A stretch of DNA of 64,000 nucleotides, taken from NCBI GenBank assembly GCA_964016885.1, contig OZ024756.1, positions 6,448,001 through 6,512,000 on the forward strand. The letters are read 5' to 3'. The position numbers and the translations under genes are program-made. The notes below the pieces were generated by a model. It saw only the letters and a list, made by a program, of their open reading frames with translations, searched no databases and was not told the origin of the DNA. The stretch comes from Eledone cirrhosa (taxonomy: Eukaryota). This document shows, one piece after another, positions 15,826-31,384 of this stretch (positions are counted from its first letter, which is position 1; each line of letters begins with the position of its first letter).

Positions 15826-15910
<85 letters not shown>

Positions 15911-16116
15911 GTATATATATATATACAGGTATATATATATATATATATAGATACATATATACATATACATATATATACATATATATATACATATATATAT
16001 ATACATATATATATACATATACATATACATATAAATATATACATATATATATACATATACATATATACATATATATATACATATACATATATACATATAC
16101 ATATATATATATATAT
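15715..16116. repeat. (TA)n/(GA)n/(TACA)n microsatellite
   Basis: Direct reading. Confidence 0.95.
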
Positions 16117-16120
16117 GCAT

Positions 16121-16582
16121 GGTGGCTGCCAACTCGTTTTCGAGTACGGCCACTACTTTATATCCATGTAGGAGAACCCCTACCGATGCGCTGAACGAGT
16201 GTGACATTTTAGTCCAGCCAACGACTTGAAAACTCTGGTACAAACACTACACTTGTGACAATTACTGACACATAGTACTGGGCCCATGGTACCATGTGAC
16301 AACAAGTGCAGAGAGATCTCCAGATATAAAGCAATGCCTGTGCCGTGAAGCTTTTATAGTGAGCAAAGGCACTGCACAAAGCCATCCCACTCTCTTAACC
16401 AAGATGATATTTACCAAAAAGAAGAACAAGTCAACTTCATTGGATACCATCAGGGTTGCAGGTGTTATATCAGAGTTTTCCTTCTAGACTTCTGCCTTGA
16501 CGGAGGCTAAGGGGTCATCTCTCCCGGTGATTTTGGATGGCCATTGACTCTTAAGAGCTCCTTTGCCCTTTGACAGGTTTTG
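16121..16582 (-). mobile_element. 5'-truncated copy of a non-autonomous RTE-LINE-derived element (family A)
   Basis: Near-identical to 40337-40925. Minus strand 16260-16180 reads [26 protein letters not shown], a C2H2 motif like the C-terminus of RTE ORF2. Confidence 0.7.
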
Positions 16583-16583
16583 T

Positions 16584-17523
16584 TTATATATATATACATA
16601 TATATATATATACACATAAACATATATATATATACACATAAACATATATATATATACACATATATATACACATAAACACATATATATACATACACATATA
16701 CATACACATAAACATATATATATATATTTACACATATACATACTTGTGTATATATATATATACACATATATATATATATATATATACATATATATATACA
16801 CATATACATATATATATACACATATACATATACACATATACATATATATATACACATATACATATATATATATACACATATACATATATATATACACATA
16901 TACATATATATATACACATATACATATATATATACACATATACACATTTATATACACATATACACATTTATATACACATATACACATTTATATACACATA
17001 TACATATATATATACACATATACATATATATATACACATATACACATATATATACACATATACATATATATATACACATATACATACACATATACATATA
17101 TATATACACATATACACATATACATATATATATATACATATACATACATATATATACATATATATACAATTATATATATATATATATACACACACATATA
17201 TGCATATATATACACATATATACATATATATACACATATAGACATATATATACACATATATACATATATATACATATATATACATATATATACACATATA
17301 TACATATATATACATATATATACATATATATACATATATATACATATATATACATATATATATACACACACATATGCATACACATATACACATATATACA
17401 CATATATACACATATATATATACACACACATATATACACATATATACACATGTATATACACATACATATATACACATATATATATATATACACATACATA
17501 TATACACATATATATATATATAC

Positions 17524-17562
<39 letters not shown>

Positions 17563-17912
17563 CATATATACACATATATATATATATACACATATATATA
17601 TATATATACACATACATATATATATATACACATACATATATATATATATACACATATACATATATATATATATACACATATACATATATATACACATATA
17701 CATATACATACACATATACATATACATATATATACATATATATACACACATATATATATATAAACATATATATATATAAACATATATATATATATAAACA
17801 TATATATATATATAAACATATATATATATATATGTATGTATACATATATATATACACATATATATATATATAAACATATATATATATATAAACATATATA
17901 TATATATACATA
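16584..17912. repeat. (TA)n/(TACA)n compound microsatellite
   Basis: Direct reading. Confidence 0.97.
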
Positions 17913-18128
17913 TTTCGTTTCTGAATTTGTTTAGCAAGATTCTTTATCTGAAATCGTGTGTTGAAACCGATATTGTTATACTTTGGGAGGGTCATGTTGC
18001 CAATAAGAAACACACGCACCAGTTGCTTTCACTTCAATTTAATTTAATATATATTTATAAATTTACAAATTTATAAATTTCTGGTTGGTTGGTTGGTTCC
18101 ACAACCAGATAGTTGTTTATATATATAT

Positions 18129-18173
18129 AGTCATAGTTCTTTCGTCACACACTCTGTGACCTCTTCAGTGACT
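18129..18173 (-). ncRNA. Minimal type I hammerhead ribozyme (group 1)
   Basis: Reverse complement of 18281-18325. Confidence 0.75.
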
Positions 18174-18280
18174 GGGGATTTCTTTCTTCGTTTCTGTGCC
18201 TTTCCTTTCTTCTATCCTACGCCATTTTCTGGCGTAGGATAGAAGAAAGGAAAGGCACAGAAACGAAGAAAGAAATCCCC

Positions 18281-18325
18281 AGTCACTGAAGAGGTCACAG
18301 AGTGTGTGACGAAAGAACTATGACT
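18281..18325 (+). ncRNA. Minimal type I hammerhead ribozyme (group 1)
   Basis: AGTCA-CTGAAGA-G-GTCACA-GAGTG-TGTGAC-GAAA-GAAC-TA-TGACT: 5-bp stem I, core, one extra G, 6-bp stem II, minimal stem III and CUA site. Confidence 0.78.
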
Positions 18326-18484
18326 ATATATATATAAACAACTATCTGGTTGTGGAACCAACCAACCAACCAGAAATTTATAAATTTGTAAATTTATAAA
18401 TATATATTAAATTAAATTGAAGTGAAAGCAACTGGTGCGTGTGTTTCTTATTGGCAACATGACCCTCCCAAAGTATAACAATAT

Positions 18485-20202
<1,718 letters not shown>

Positions 20203-20614
20203 TATGAAGAGAGAAGAAACATTTAGATATAATTAGTAATAAAATGTATCATACCATATATATATATATATATGGAGGAGGTTATATTTCACTTGAAGCA
20301 TCGTGTAATAAGGTATAAACGTTTGTATATGTATAATAAAGCCAAAACAATGCAGGTATGGACATAGAATAAAGAATGCAAATGCAAAAGATATTGTTGA
20401 CAATTAGTCTTTTACCTTAGATTTGTTCAAATGTCCTTAATTTTCGAGGTAATATCTCTTCTTCGGAGGGAAGTAAAGCGGTTAAACCAGGGTTTTAAAT
20501 AGCTTGCCAAGTCAGAATCTTATATATTATATATATATATATACACACTTATTTGCATGTGTATATGTATATATGTATATATACACACACACATATATGT
20601 ATGTATGTGTGTGC

Positions 20615-20656
<42 letters not shown>

Positions 20657-20779
20657 ATGGGTATATATATATACACACACAGAGAGAGACGGCTAAACTC
20701 AAATACACTCAATGAAGCCCCTTTCATGGGTGTGTGTAAGTATACGCGCACTCATACGCGTGTGTGAGTATATATACAT

Positions 20780-21890
20780 GTATACACACACAGGTACCCT
20801 CTCACACACACACACGTATGTAAATACATACAGATACCATCACACACACACACACGTATGTATATACACACAGGTATCCTCACACACACACACACGTATC
20901 TATATATACACAGGTACCCTCACACACACACACACACGTATCTATATATACACAGGTGCCCTCACACACACACACACACGTATGTATATACACACACCTA
21001 CCCCCCCACACACACACATGTATACACACAGGTACCCTCACACACACACATGTATACACACACATGTAACCTCACACAAACCCATGTATACACACACACA
21101 CACATGTATACACATACATGTACCCTCACACACACACATGTATTCACACACACACACATGTATACACACACATGTACCCTCACACACACACATGTATTCA
21201 CAGACACACACATGCATACACACACATAGACACACATGTATACACACACACACATGTATACACACACATGTACCCTCACACGCACACACATGTATACACA
21301 CACAGGTACCCTCACACACACACAGGTACCCTCACACACACACAATCAAGCCGTCGTCATCCAGAGCAATCCAGTTCTGATACTCACATTAAACACATGT
21401 ATAATCATCACACCATCTTTCTACCTCATACACCCGCCCCCCCCCCCCTCTCTCACACACACATATTCCCTGTCACACACATTCCCCCTCACCCTCACTC
21501 ATTAATTCTCTCTCTCACTTTTACACACACACACACATTCCCTCTCTCTCACACTTGCATTCCCTCTCACAAACAGTAAATCCTCTCTCACACACACACA
21601 TATCTCACCCCTCCTCACACACACACACACACACTTATTCCTCTCTCTCACACACACATATCCCACCCCTCCTCTCACACACACACACTTATTCCTCTCT
21701 CTCACACACACATATCTCACCCCTCCTCTCTCTCACACACACACTTATTCCTCTCTCACACACACACACACACTTATTCCTATCTCTCACACACACACAT
21801 ATCTCACCCCTCCTCTCACACACACACTAATTCCTCACACACACGCACACACGCATATATCACACACACACACACACACACAGTCACACA
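20780..21890. repeat. (CA)n-based minisatellites (CACACACATGTACCCTC-like, then CACTTATTCCTCTCTC-like)
   Basis: Direct reading. Confidence 0.85.
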
Positions 21891-22463
21891 CATAAGATAT
21901 AACCCTGGTAGCTTTACACAAATCTTTCAACACATTCGTAATTTTTAATTTATTATTATTTCTTGTTTCTTAAGCGTGAAAACAAAACCAAAAATAAAAC
22001 ATCTTTCTTTTGCAGCTGTTTTGTCGACTCCTCAATGCACCACCGGGTGGTTGTTGTTGCATGCAAAACTTCAAAGAATCGTGCAGCACTCACTGCTTTG
22101 TTTGCAGTTTTTGAAGAAAACTCTCACATTTTCTTAAACGATAAGACCTTTGAGGCTTGGCAATGAGCGAAAGCCAAGATTAACATTAAGCTCACTTAAC
22201 AAGGGTGCTGTATAACGGTACCTTGAGTAAAACTTTTAACTAGATATCCACCCCTTCTCCCAACAAACACAAAACGTGGGTAGCAACAATACAGGGAAGA
22301 ACATAAGAGATTGAACACCCGTAAATATTTTGGAAAAAAGACCGTCAAGTATGAAATTTGTAGAAATTTCTTTTTTTTTCTACAAATTATATATATATAT
22401 AAATGAAAGTATAGAAATGATTGTGAGCATGAAGCCAACAGTATTTCATAATATATATATATA

Positions 22464-22517
22464 TAGGAAAATGTTCAAGACAGCAGAGCTCAAGCCGTTT
22501 CAACGGCTATTTCTGAG
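22464..22517 (-). mobile_element. Fragment of the (TA)n-associated repeat family AGCCGTCGAAACGGCTTGAGCTC (probable PLE terminus)
   Basis: Similar to 30430-30483 and 38897-38950. Confidence 0.55.
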
Positions 22518-22780
22518 AAAATCATTTTCCTAATAGATTACTACCCCCTCTAAACCCCCCCACACCCACACGTCGTTTGTCATGGCGGTACCCTTACCAA
22601 TCTATAGGGAGTTACATCAGAAGCCTTTTACATTTACCTATAGAGGATTGAACAAAATCTCAAAAAAACGAAAACGAGCGGATTGTGTGAAAATTAATTT
22701 ACAAAACCAGATTTCCAATCTATTTGAATTCTATACCTTGTATTGAGGGTTTTCTTTGTGTTATCAACAAGCAAATGTAT

Positions 22781-22833
<53 letters not shown>

Positions 22834-23479
22834 TGAACGTGGTGAAAGTATGCGTTAGATAGATCGTGTATATATGTGTGTATATATAGATCGTGTATAT
22901 ATGTGTATTATGTTATACAGCTTGTTGTATGATGTATGTTGTTTTATACTATGTACAGTGCATATGTGTAACGATATCACTGATCTACATATGATGTATA
23001 TGTTTATTAATATATGTATGCATGTTTGTGTGTGTGTGTTTTCGTGTGCATGTGTAAATGCGATGTGTGTGAGTGTGTGTGTGTTTGTCTTAATCTATAT
23101 ATAAACTTCTGCGATTCTGTCACCCGTAAAGGGAGAGTAGTTTGACTACCTCATACTGCTCCTCTCTCCTTACGTCAGCTACTTGCCCGAGTGTATGTAT
23201 GTGTAAAAGGAAGTTGGAGGGTGGTGAAAAACTATGCTGGGTGTGAGTGTATGTGTGTAAAAGGAAGGAGGAGGGGGTTAAAAAAACTACGCTGTGTGTG
23301 AGTGCGTGTGTGAATTTATGCGTGCGTGTGTGAATGTTTGAAGTGTGTGTGTTTGTGCGTTTATATTTATATACTCATACATATAAATATATGCACACAC
23401 ACACACATACACACACACACACACACACATACACACGTTAGCGTATGGAAAGAAATCTAATATTCATATATTGATGAGA

Positions 23480-24998
23480 TTTGATACCCATGTATGTGGT
23501 GTGTGTATGTGTATATGTGTTAAAATACACATTATAGAGGCGAATATCATGAGAACACGTATGTGAGTATGTGTGATTTGGTGTGTATGTATGTGGTGTG
23601 TGTATGTGTATATGCGTTAAAATACACATAGATGAGAATATCTTGAGAACACGTATGTATGTATGTGTGATTTGGTGTGTATGTATGTGATGTGTGTATG
23701 TGTATATGTGTTAAAATACACATTATAGAGGCCTATATCTTGAGAACAAGTATGTGAGTATGTGTGATTTGGTGTGTATGTATGTGATGTCTGCATGCGT
23801 ATATGTGTTAAAATACACATAGATGAGAATATATTGAGAACACGTATGTATGTATGTGTGTTTTGGTGTGTATGTATGTGATGTGTGTATGTGTATATGT
23901 GTTAAAATACACATAGATGAGAATATCTTGAGAACACGTATGTGAGTATGTGTGATTTGGTGTGTATGTATGTGATCTGTGTATGTGTATATGTGTTAAA
24001 ATACACATTATAGAGGCGAATATCATGAGAACACGTATGTAAGTATGTGTGATTTGGTGTGTATGTATGTGGTGTGTGTATGTGTATATGCGTTAAAATA
24101 CACATAGATGAGAATATCTTGAGAACACGTATGTATGTTTGTGTGATTTGGTGTGTATGTATGTGATGTGTGTATGTGTATTTGTGTTAAAATACACATT
24201 ATAGAGGCGAATATCTTGAGAACACGTATGTGAGTATGTGTGATTTGGTGTGTATGTATGTGATGTGTGTATGTGTATATGTGTTAAAATACACATTATA
24301 GAGGCCTATATCTTGAGAACACTTATGTGAGTATGTGTGATTTGGTGTGTATGTATGTGATGTCTGCATGCGTATATGTGTTAAAATACACATAGATGAG
24401 AATATATTGAGAACACGTATGTATGTATGTGTGTTTTGGTGTGTATGTATGTGATGTGTGTATGTGTATATGTGTTAAAATACACATAGATGAGAATATA
24501 TTGAGAACACGTATGTATGTATGTGTGATTTGGTGTGTATGTATGTGATGTGTGTATGTGTATATGTGTTAAAATACACATTATAGAGGCGAATATCTTG
24601 AGAACACGTATGTGAGTATGTGTGATTTGGTGTGTATGTATGTGATGTGTGTATGTGTATATGTGTTAAAATACACATAGATGAGAATATCTTGAGAACA
24701 CGTATGTATGTATGTATGTGTGATTTGGTGTGTATGTATGTGATGTGTGTATGTGTATATGTGTTAAAATACATATTATAGAGGCGAATATCTTGAGAAC
24801 ACGTATGTATGTATGTGTGTTTTGGTGTGTATGTATGTGATGTGTGTATGTGTATATGTGTTAAAATACACATTATAGAGGCCTATATCTTGAGAACACG
24901 TATGTATGTATGTGTGTTTTGGTGTGTATGTATGTGATGTGTATATGTGTATATGTGTTAAAATACACATAGATGAGAATATCTTGAGAACACGTATG
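23480..24998. repeat. Minisatellite with interspersed ~94-bp and ~97-bp units, about 16 copies
   Basis: GTTAAAATACACAT[TATAGAGGCG or AGATGAG]AATATCTTGAGAACACGTATG...GATTTGGTGTG recurs. Confidence 0.93.
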
Positions 24999-25598
24999 TA
25001 CACAAATAAATGGCTGAGTGACGCAGAACAAATTTTAAGCAGTTGTCAATAATGTCATTAACACGTGACTATTCGTTCACGTGACATGCCATAGTAATTT
25101 GCATAGAAGATTACAAATAAACATACCTTATTCATTATTTATGTAAAAGAGGATTATGCATTTGGCAACACACGCACGTGCCTGGACGATCTCACATACA
25201 CCATGTGTGTAACACAAAGGTAACATGTTATGCAAACACAGTTGCATATATACTATAAACACACGTGCATGCATAGACATATATAGGTGTGTATTGTGTA
25301 TGTGTATATAGATAGAGAGAGAGAGAGTGAGATACAAGCAGATAAATATACTGATGTATACATCCACATCCATTTCAATAATATAATTGTTTCTACTTGT
25401 GGCACAAGGCCAGCAATTACCCCAGTGTATTATAATATATAAGTGTGTGTGTGTGTGTGTTTGTGTGTATGTGTGTCTGTGTGTGTGTATGTGTGCGTGT
25501 GTATGCGTATGTGTGTGTATGTGTGTATGTATGTGTGTATTTGTGTATGTATGTGTGTGTGGGTGTGTGAGTGTCAGTGTCAGTGTCAGTGTCAATGT

Positions 25599-25636
<38 letters not shown>

Positions 25637-25929
25637 TGACACACAGCCTCACTGCATCACTCTCCTGCTACCTTTCTCTCACACACTCAGACAAAAATAT
25701 GTATATATTCACACACACAATACCACATATATTCACACACAATACACACACACTTATACCTAATCATAGACAAACACACACACCAACAGTCATATAACTG
25801 TCAACTACACACTTATAGACATATGGAACAAACAATATTTGAAAAAAATTAATTTATTTTATTGAAACAGTAAGGACACAAAAGCCGACCATACGGTAAT
25901 GACATTTTTGACGATGTCATAAGAGGTGG

Positions 25930-26510
25930 AGGCGCGTGGCCTTGTGGTGTGGTGGATTTACGGTCCTAATGGCGTGGGTTCGATTACTGAACTGGGTTGT
26001 GTGTTGTGCTCTTGAGCAAAACATTTCATTTCACGTGCTCTAGTATGCTCAGATGAAAATAAATACCAGTAATAGCCGGGGGTTTAACCCTGTGATGGAC
26101 TGGTGTCCTCTACTGTCAGTTCGATTACTGAACTGGGTTGTGTGTTGTGTTCTTCAGCAAAACATTTCATTTCACGTGCTCTAGTATACTCAGCTGAACA
26201 TGAGTACCAGTAATAGCTGGGGTTTTGACCCTGTGATGGACTGGCGTCCTGCCTAGCGAGGATCTTGTACTCTCAGTTCGATTTCTGAACAGGATTGTGT
26301 TTGTGTTATCGCGCATAACATCTCATTTCACGTTGCTCTAGTATACCTAGCTGAACATGAGTACCAGTAATAGCTGGGGGAGGGGGGGGGGTTAACATTA
26401 TGATGGACTGGTATCCTGTCCAGGGAGTCTTGGTACTTTCAATCAATTAACACCATGGAAACCAGGATAAATACCGACTTGGTGAGCCTCCGGGTTTGAG
26501 ACAGACTTTA
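25930..26510 (+). mobile_element. tRNA-derived SINE (octopus OK-like) with an internally triplicated ~140-bp body
   Basis: GGCGCGTGGCC head and B-box-like GTTCGATT. The GTTCGATT...CATTTCACGT...TGATGGACTGG segment occurs three times. Related to 56548. Confidence 0.75.
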
Positions 26511-26796
26511 GACATTCTTTGTTATGACGATGTCATATGAGACGTATCTTAACCAATATGACATATCCTAACATAATGACATCTGTCTATGTGTCACGCT
26601 GATTGTCTGGTATAGGAGGTGCCCTAGTAGAATATTGCAGAGCAGCGTACAGAGGGTTGCACTTATTAAGAGAAAGATATGTGGTGGCAGAGGTGTTATT
26701 GATGGTGGCGGGTGGCACTTAGTAACGTAACATAGTTCCTTAAATACATATGAAAATGCGAAAACTCATCACCAGCACAACCGATAAAACAGCTAA

Positions 26797-26960
26797 ATGC
26801 TGTCAAAAACTGCGATGGGCAAAAATGCCTCAAGGGACAGAGTCGAGCGGCCAGTGGTCATCAGAGAGACAATCCACAAGATGGGTGACAGGCAGATGAA
26901 ATATAAAAAAATATTGAAGGAGGATGAGGACAATGTGAAGTGTGTTGGTGCACAGAAGTG
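26797..26960 (+). mobile_element. Possible degraded RTE LINE 3' fragment
   Basis: An alternative frame gives KLRWA...RQSTRWV, resembling the RTE LRWAGH...RPxTRW motifs; weak. Confidence 0.3.
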
Positions 26961-27559
26961 GCCGGAAGAAGGAAATAAAGAAAGGCGATGTACAAGACAT
27001 GTTTGCACACATACATATTCACCCTCATCAGCTCTCAAACCAGCAAAGTGGTTTCGCTCAATTTGTTCTACAGTGAATATTAACGAAAACAAACCGCAAA
27101 ATCAAGAGGAGGGCGAATGAAGCATGGATTCTGCGTACATATACACATACACAGATATGTGTTCTCACATGTAGACCTACACATACAGATATGTGTTCTC
27201 ACATGTAGACACGCCTATCTACATATACACATACACATATGTTCTCTCATGTAGACACGCGTCTACCTATATATAAATCTATTGCCACACAAGCAATAAT
27301 CTATATATAATAACGACAACAATAATAAAGCAATAATCAAAAAAGAAAAGGAAACAAAAGAAAAAAAGAATGGGAAAATATATAGAAAAATAAATACACA
27401 TTTATAGGTAATTTCCCAACAAGGTAGGTGATATCTAAAAACACCTTTCGATTCATATTTATTTGGTACATCGTAGAAATGGACTTCCATCGGTTTTGAT
27501 AATAACTGATACAATTTTACGATCATGTGAATAGCTTACTTGTGAAAGCAACGAGTCAG

Positions 27560-27790
27560 TGACGGGGTATTCCACTGACACGTGTAGCAGTAAAGTAATT
27601 ATCAAAGAGATTTGCCTATTGAATTATGAGTTCAATCTCTCCGTCGGGCTTCCAAGTAGTTTCCATCTACCCAATTTTACTCACAGGGGCATGTACGACT
27701 CGTGCCTATGGTAAATTACTCTCCTCTAAGATCGCAACTTGAATCCAACAGTTACCGATCGAACTTCTTAACCAGTTCCGATACTTTGGA
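27560..27790 (-). mobile_element. Degraded tRNA-derived SINE
   Basis: GTTTCCATCTACCCAATTTTACTCAC is the reverse-strand equivalent of the SINE 3' part at about 37527-37560. Confidence 0.45.
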
Positions 27791-27799
27791 TATCTGATT

Positions 27800-28035
27800 A
27801 GAATGTCTCAGCTAAACACCTTTGGACATATTTAACGGACAAAATCAACCGGAAGGGGACCCGAGGGAAGTTACCATTTAAGATGGTTGGATTACATCCA
27901 TGAGAATGGCTGGTCTCGTTTGGGGATCTAGTCGGATCAGTTAGAGACGGTTGCTTCTGACATGACCCACCAGAAAGAGTGTTTCAAGACTCTTCCCCTC
28001 ACGAGCCTCTCAGGAATAAGTGGGTGAATGAGAAG
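27800..28035 (+). mobile_element. RTE-clade (Rex3/Expander-like) LINE 3' remnant
   Basis: Reads RWLDYIHENGWSRLGI*SDQLETVASD, resembling the RWxDYIxxxxWxRLGI motif. Confidence 0.6.
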
Positions 28036-28539
28036 AGAACACAAAGGATTTCTTAACCATTTAGCCACGGGGTCTCTAATTAAGCATGACTAATGGAACT
28101 TCGGGAAAATATAATCGCCATCTGAATTGTTCCCTTTGTATTTATCGATCTCTACTAACATATGTAATGAAACAGATTATTTACAATTGACCAAACTTCT
28201 GCGAATATATATTCGATTTTCAATCGATGATTTGAGTCTTTTTCTGTGTTGGAGTTTTTCCAATATGTAACAATGTCGATCAATATATTATATAAAATCA
28301 TGTACTTCATTTATCAGTTTATCTATCAATTAATCGATCTATTTCCCTCTGTAGGTGTGTGTATATTATGTACAGACACGTGTCTCCTCTCGCTCTCATA
28401 TATATATATATATACATATAAATGTAATAAAAATGTATATATATATATATATATGTATGTATGTAATAAAAAGTATATATATACATATGTGTATATATAC
28501 GTATACATAAATGTAAGAAAAACATGTATATATATATAC

Positions 28540-28599
<60 letters not shown>

Positions 28600-28659
28600 G
28601 TATATATAACTGTAAGAAAAACATGTATAGATATATATGCGTATGTGTGTCTGAATATA

Positions 28660-28726
<67 letters not shown>

Positions 28727-30218
28727 GTGTGCGTGTGTTTACGAACGTATAGTTTACAATTATATTGATTCGAATCTATCTATACCCCGTTGGTGGAAAT
28801 TAACTACAACATCCATGAGTTGTCACGCAGTCATAAATCCTTAAATCTTTGAACTCACCATTGGAGAAATACTGATATTTCCTCCATCTTAACTCGAAGC
28901 AGCAGTAGCAACTACAACAACACTGCCTTAAAAAAATATGTCGGTATTGAGGTAAATATTTATTCAGTCTTCCCTTATTTCCTTTGGCTGAAAAGCAGAT
29001 TTAAATCCCTACCCTTATGTGAACAGTCTATTGACTCGGCGTTTGAAAACTGAGGAATGTAAATGAATAAATTGAAAATGTTTAAATACGTCCGTTATAC
29101 AACAATGGCAGGAATATATTATATGTTTTCTGCTGATTAAGTGAGAAAAATCAAGCCATTATTATTGATGTTGATATAAAGCGCAGACATTTCTATTAAA
29201 GAATTGTAGTGAAGTTGTATGAGTTCATCTACGAAAAACACTCGTTTGTATGTTCGGTCCTGACAGGGTCAGGTGACTATTAACTGGACTTAATGTACAC
29301 AATAGAAACCTTAACCAACAATGTAGTCCTCTCTTATTTATCCTTAGTAAAATACTTCGATTATCAGCAACAATGAGAGTGAAAGGACTGTAAAATAGAA
29401 GACTTTAGTAAGTCAAATGTGACAAGCTGGGGGAAATGACAGACCCTTGAGTTGACACGCTGTTTCAGTCTTTTATTTTTATCTATAGGTGATTTAAGGG
29501 TCATTGTTGATGGAGAGTAGGACGTTGGTCGCACGGTTAGTGGTTGCAAAACAGCCTTTTGTAGAGATAAATTAGTGGGGAGGGTGAAAGGGAGGACGCT
29601 GTGTTAGCTAAAGAAAAGAAACTACATAGAAGAGACAAAAAGGGGCTACATGAAAAAATAAAAATAAAAAAAATAAAGATACCTTTAAAAAGAAGCCTCA
29701 TAGTTATCTGGAGATGGGGACGGGTGTTTAAAGTAAATTTAATACCGAACACATACAGACACAATATAGACAAATATATACGTGCATCACAAAACATTAA
29801 ATATATAATTCATTTTAAACTGTCAATCAGATATAAGTACTGAACGTGGTGGTGTGTATCCAGAAGTGAGCATCATTGACCGGGGCAGTGGCGTAGAAGA
29901 GACTCAGTCGAGCGAGGATTTTATCAATCTCCTGTTAAACCCAATTCATATGTATGCAATAGCTAAAGTAATTTACTATCACTTTCGTGAGCCGGAGGCA
30001 CACATTAAAAGTGGTTCAGTCTTAATGAATGTAAAGCGGGAACAATAGGAATTGTGTCATTTAAACATTTCCCACCAATACTAACTCCTTACATAAAATA
30101 GCTAATATAAAGATTGAATCTGGGAGCCTCAATATTACGGCTCTCGCCTTGCAAATGTCTACTTCAATCTGATACTCGGTCACTCGACTGCTACACATAT
30201 ATATATATATATATATAT

Positions 30219-30625
30219 ATAACGAAGGAAATGTGGTAAGGAACCAGGTGGACCATAACGCACCAAAGTACTCAGTACTTAGGGTAGTAGAGTGGGTAAT
30301 AGGAACGAGTAGGACCCCGACGGCTGAGCTCAAGCCGTTTCGACGGCTAATTCAGTCCAGAAATAGCCGTCGAAACGGCTTGAGCTCAGCCGTCGGGGTC
30401 TTACTGGTTCCTATATATATATATATATATAGGAAAATGTTAGACCCCAACGGCAGAGCTCATGTCGTTTCGACGGCTATTTCTGGACTGAAATAGCTGT
30501 CGAAACGGCTTGAGCTCTGCCGTCGGGGTCTAACATTTTCCTGTTACCCACTCTACTACCCTAAGTTTTGAGTACTCTGGCGCGTTATGGTCCATCTGGT
30601 TCCTTGCCACACTTCCTTCGTTATA
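30219..30625. mobile_element. Double fold-back insertion of the AGCCGTCGAAACGGCT family (probable PLE termini)
   Basis: Four copies in alternating orientation (-30219-30349, +30362-30413, -30430-30483, +30490-30625), with (TA)n in the middle and on both sides. Confidence 0.75.
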
Positions 30626-30748
30626 AATATATATATATATATATATATATAAAGGCGGAAGAACTGATAAGAGTCAACGGCCATCCAAAAATGTGTAAAT
30701 ATGTATACACATGTACATATGTATGTGTATGTATATAAGTGTGTATAT

Positions 30749-31384
30749 GCCTGGGTTGTCAGGGAGGGGCATGTACCTCTGTAGGGGGGAGGGGGAGGCT
30801 GGCCATGCCCTTTTTAGGGCAGCTCGTCTTGCATTGGGTCCCACCTGACACTCAGATCTCACCTGTGGCACCAAGAAGCTGTAGCATGCGACAGCGGCCA
30901 CACCCTGGTAAACCACCTTGGCTGGTGGGCTGAACCAGGTTGAGGGTGGTCGGACGGGTCGGAAACCCCCCAGTAAGTTAGATAGGGGATGCCTGCCCCT
31001 GCATGCGAAGACTGGACCCGGCGGAGTGAGTGGAGGAGGACAACATCGTCCCAGCAGTCACGAAGGCGGTGACAGCAAGTGGTGTGTAGCAGAAGGGCAC
31101 GGCAAGGCACTACAGACGCCGTGGCCATCCACTGCAGCCAAGTAAGTCTCTGGTCGTGACGGTCCTCCGTACCACCGGATTCTGGCTTCTGAGGCCGAGT
31201 GAGTGGGACCGTCACTGTGCACTGGCCCTGCCACTATAAATCTTTCCCTCACAGGTTTCTTCTTTAGCATGCACTCCCAAAGCCCTGCGGTGATGATCGG
31301 CCTCCACAGCCACCTTCGTGCCCACAGCAGACGGGAACTAAAATAAAGAAGATGTCATCATTGTTCACGATGGACAACCAAGCT
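30749..31384 (+). mobile_element. Non-autonomous RTE-derived element (family B): GC-rich 5' UTR-like region fused to the ORF2 C-terminus and 3' UTR
   Basis: 31296-31346 reads IGLHSHLRAHSRRELK*, the second half of an RTE terminal zinc finger. It is followed by GTCATCATTGTTCACGATGGAC and a TA tail. Confidence 0.65.

Larger units (their letters stand above)
17913..18484. mobile_element. Palindromic Penelope-like terminal-repeat (pLTR) insertion
   Basis: Arms 17970-18224 and 18230-18484 are reverse complements around a TTTTC loop. The sequence matches the 3' region of the GIY-YIG element at about 61043-61353 and is flanked by (TA)n. Confidence 0.88.

Noticed and set aside
20435-20469. Hammerhead-like CCGAAGA-AGAG...CTC-GAAA on the minus strand
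   Set aside because: The core U4 is mutated and stem III is too short; at most a decayed relic.
21963-22438. Short ORFs in unique sequence
   Set aside because: No recognisable motifs or consistent splice sites.
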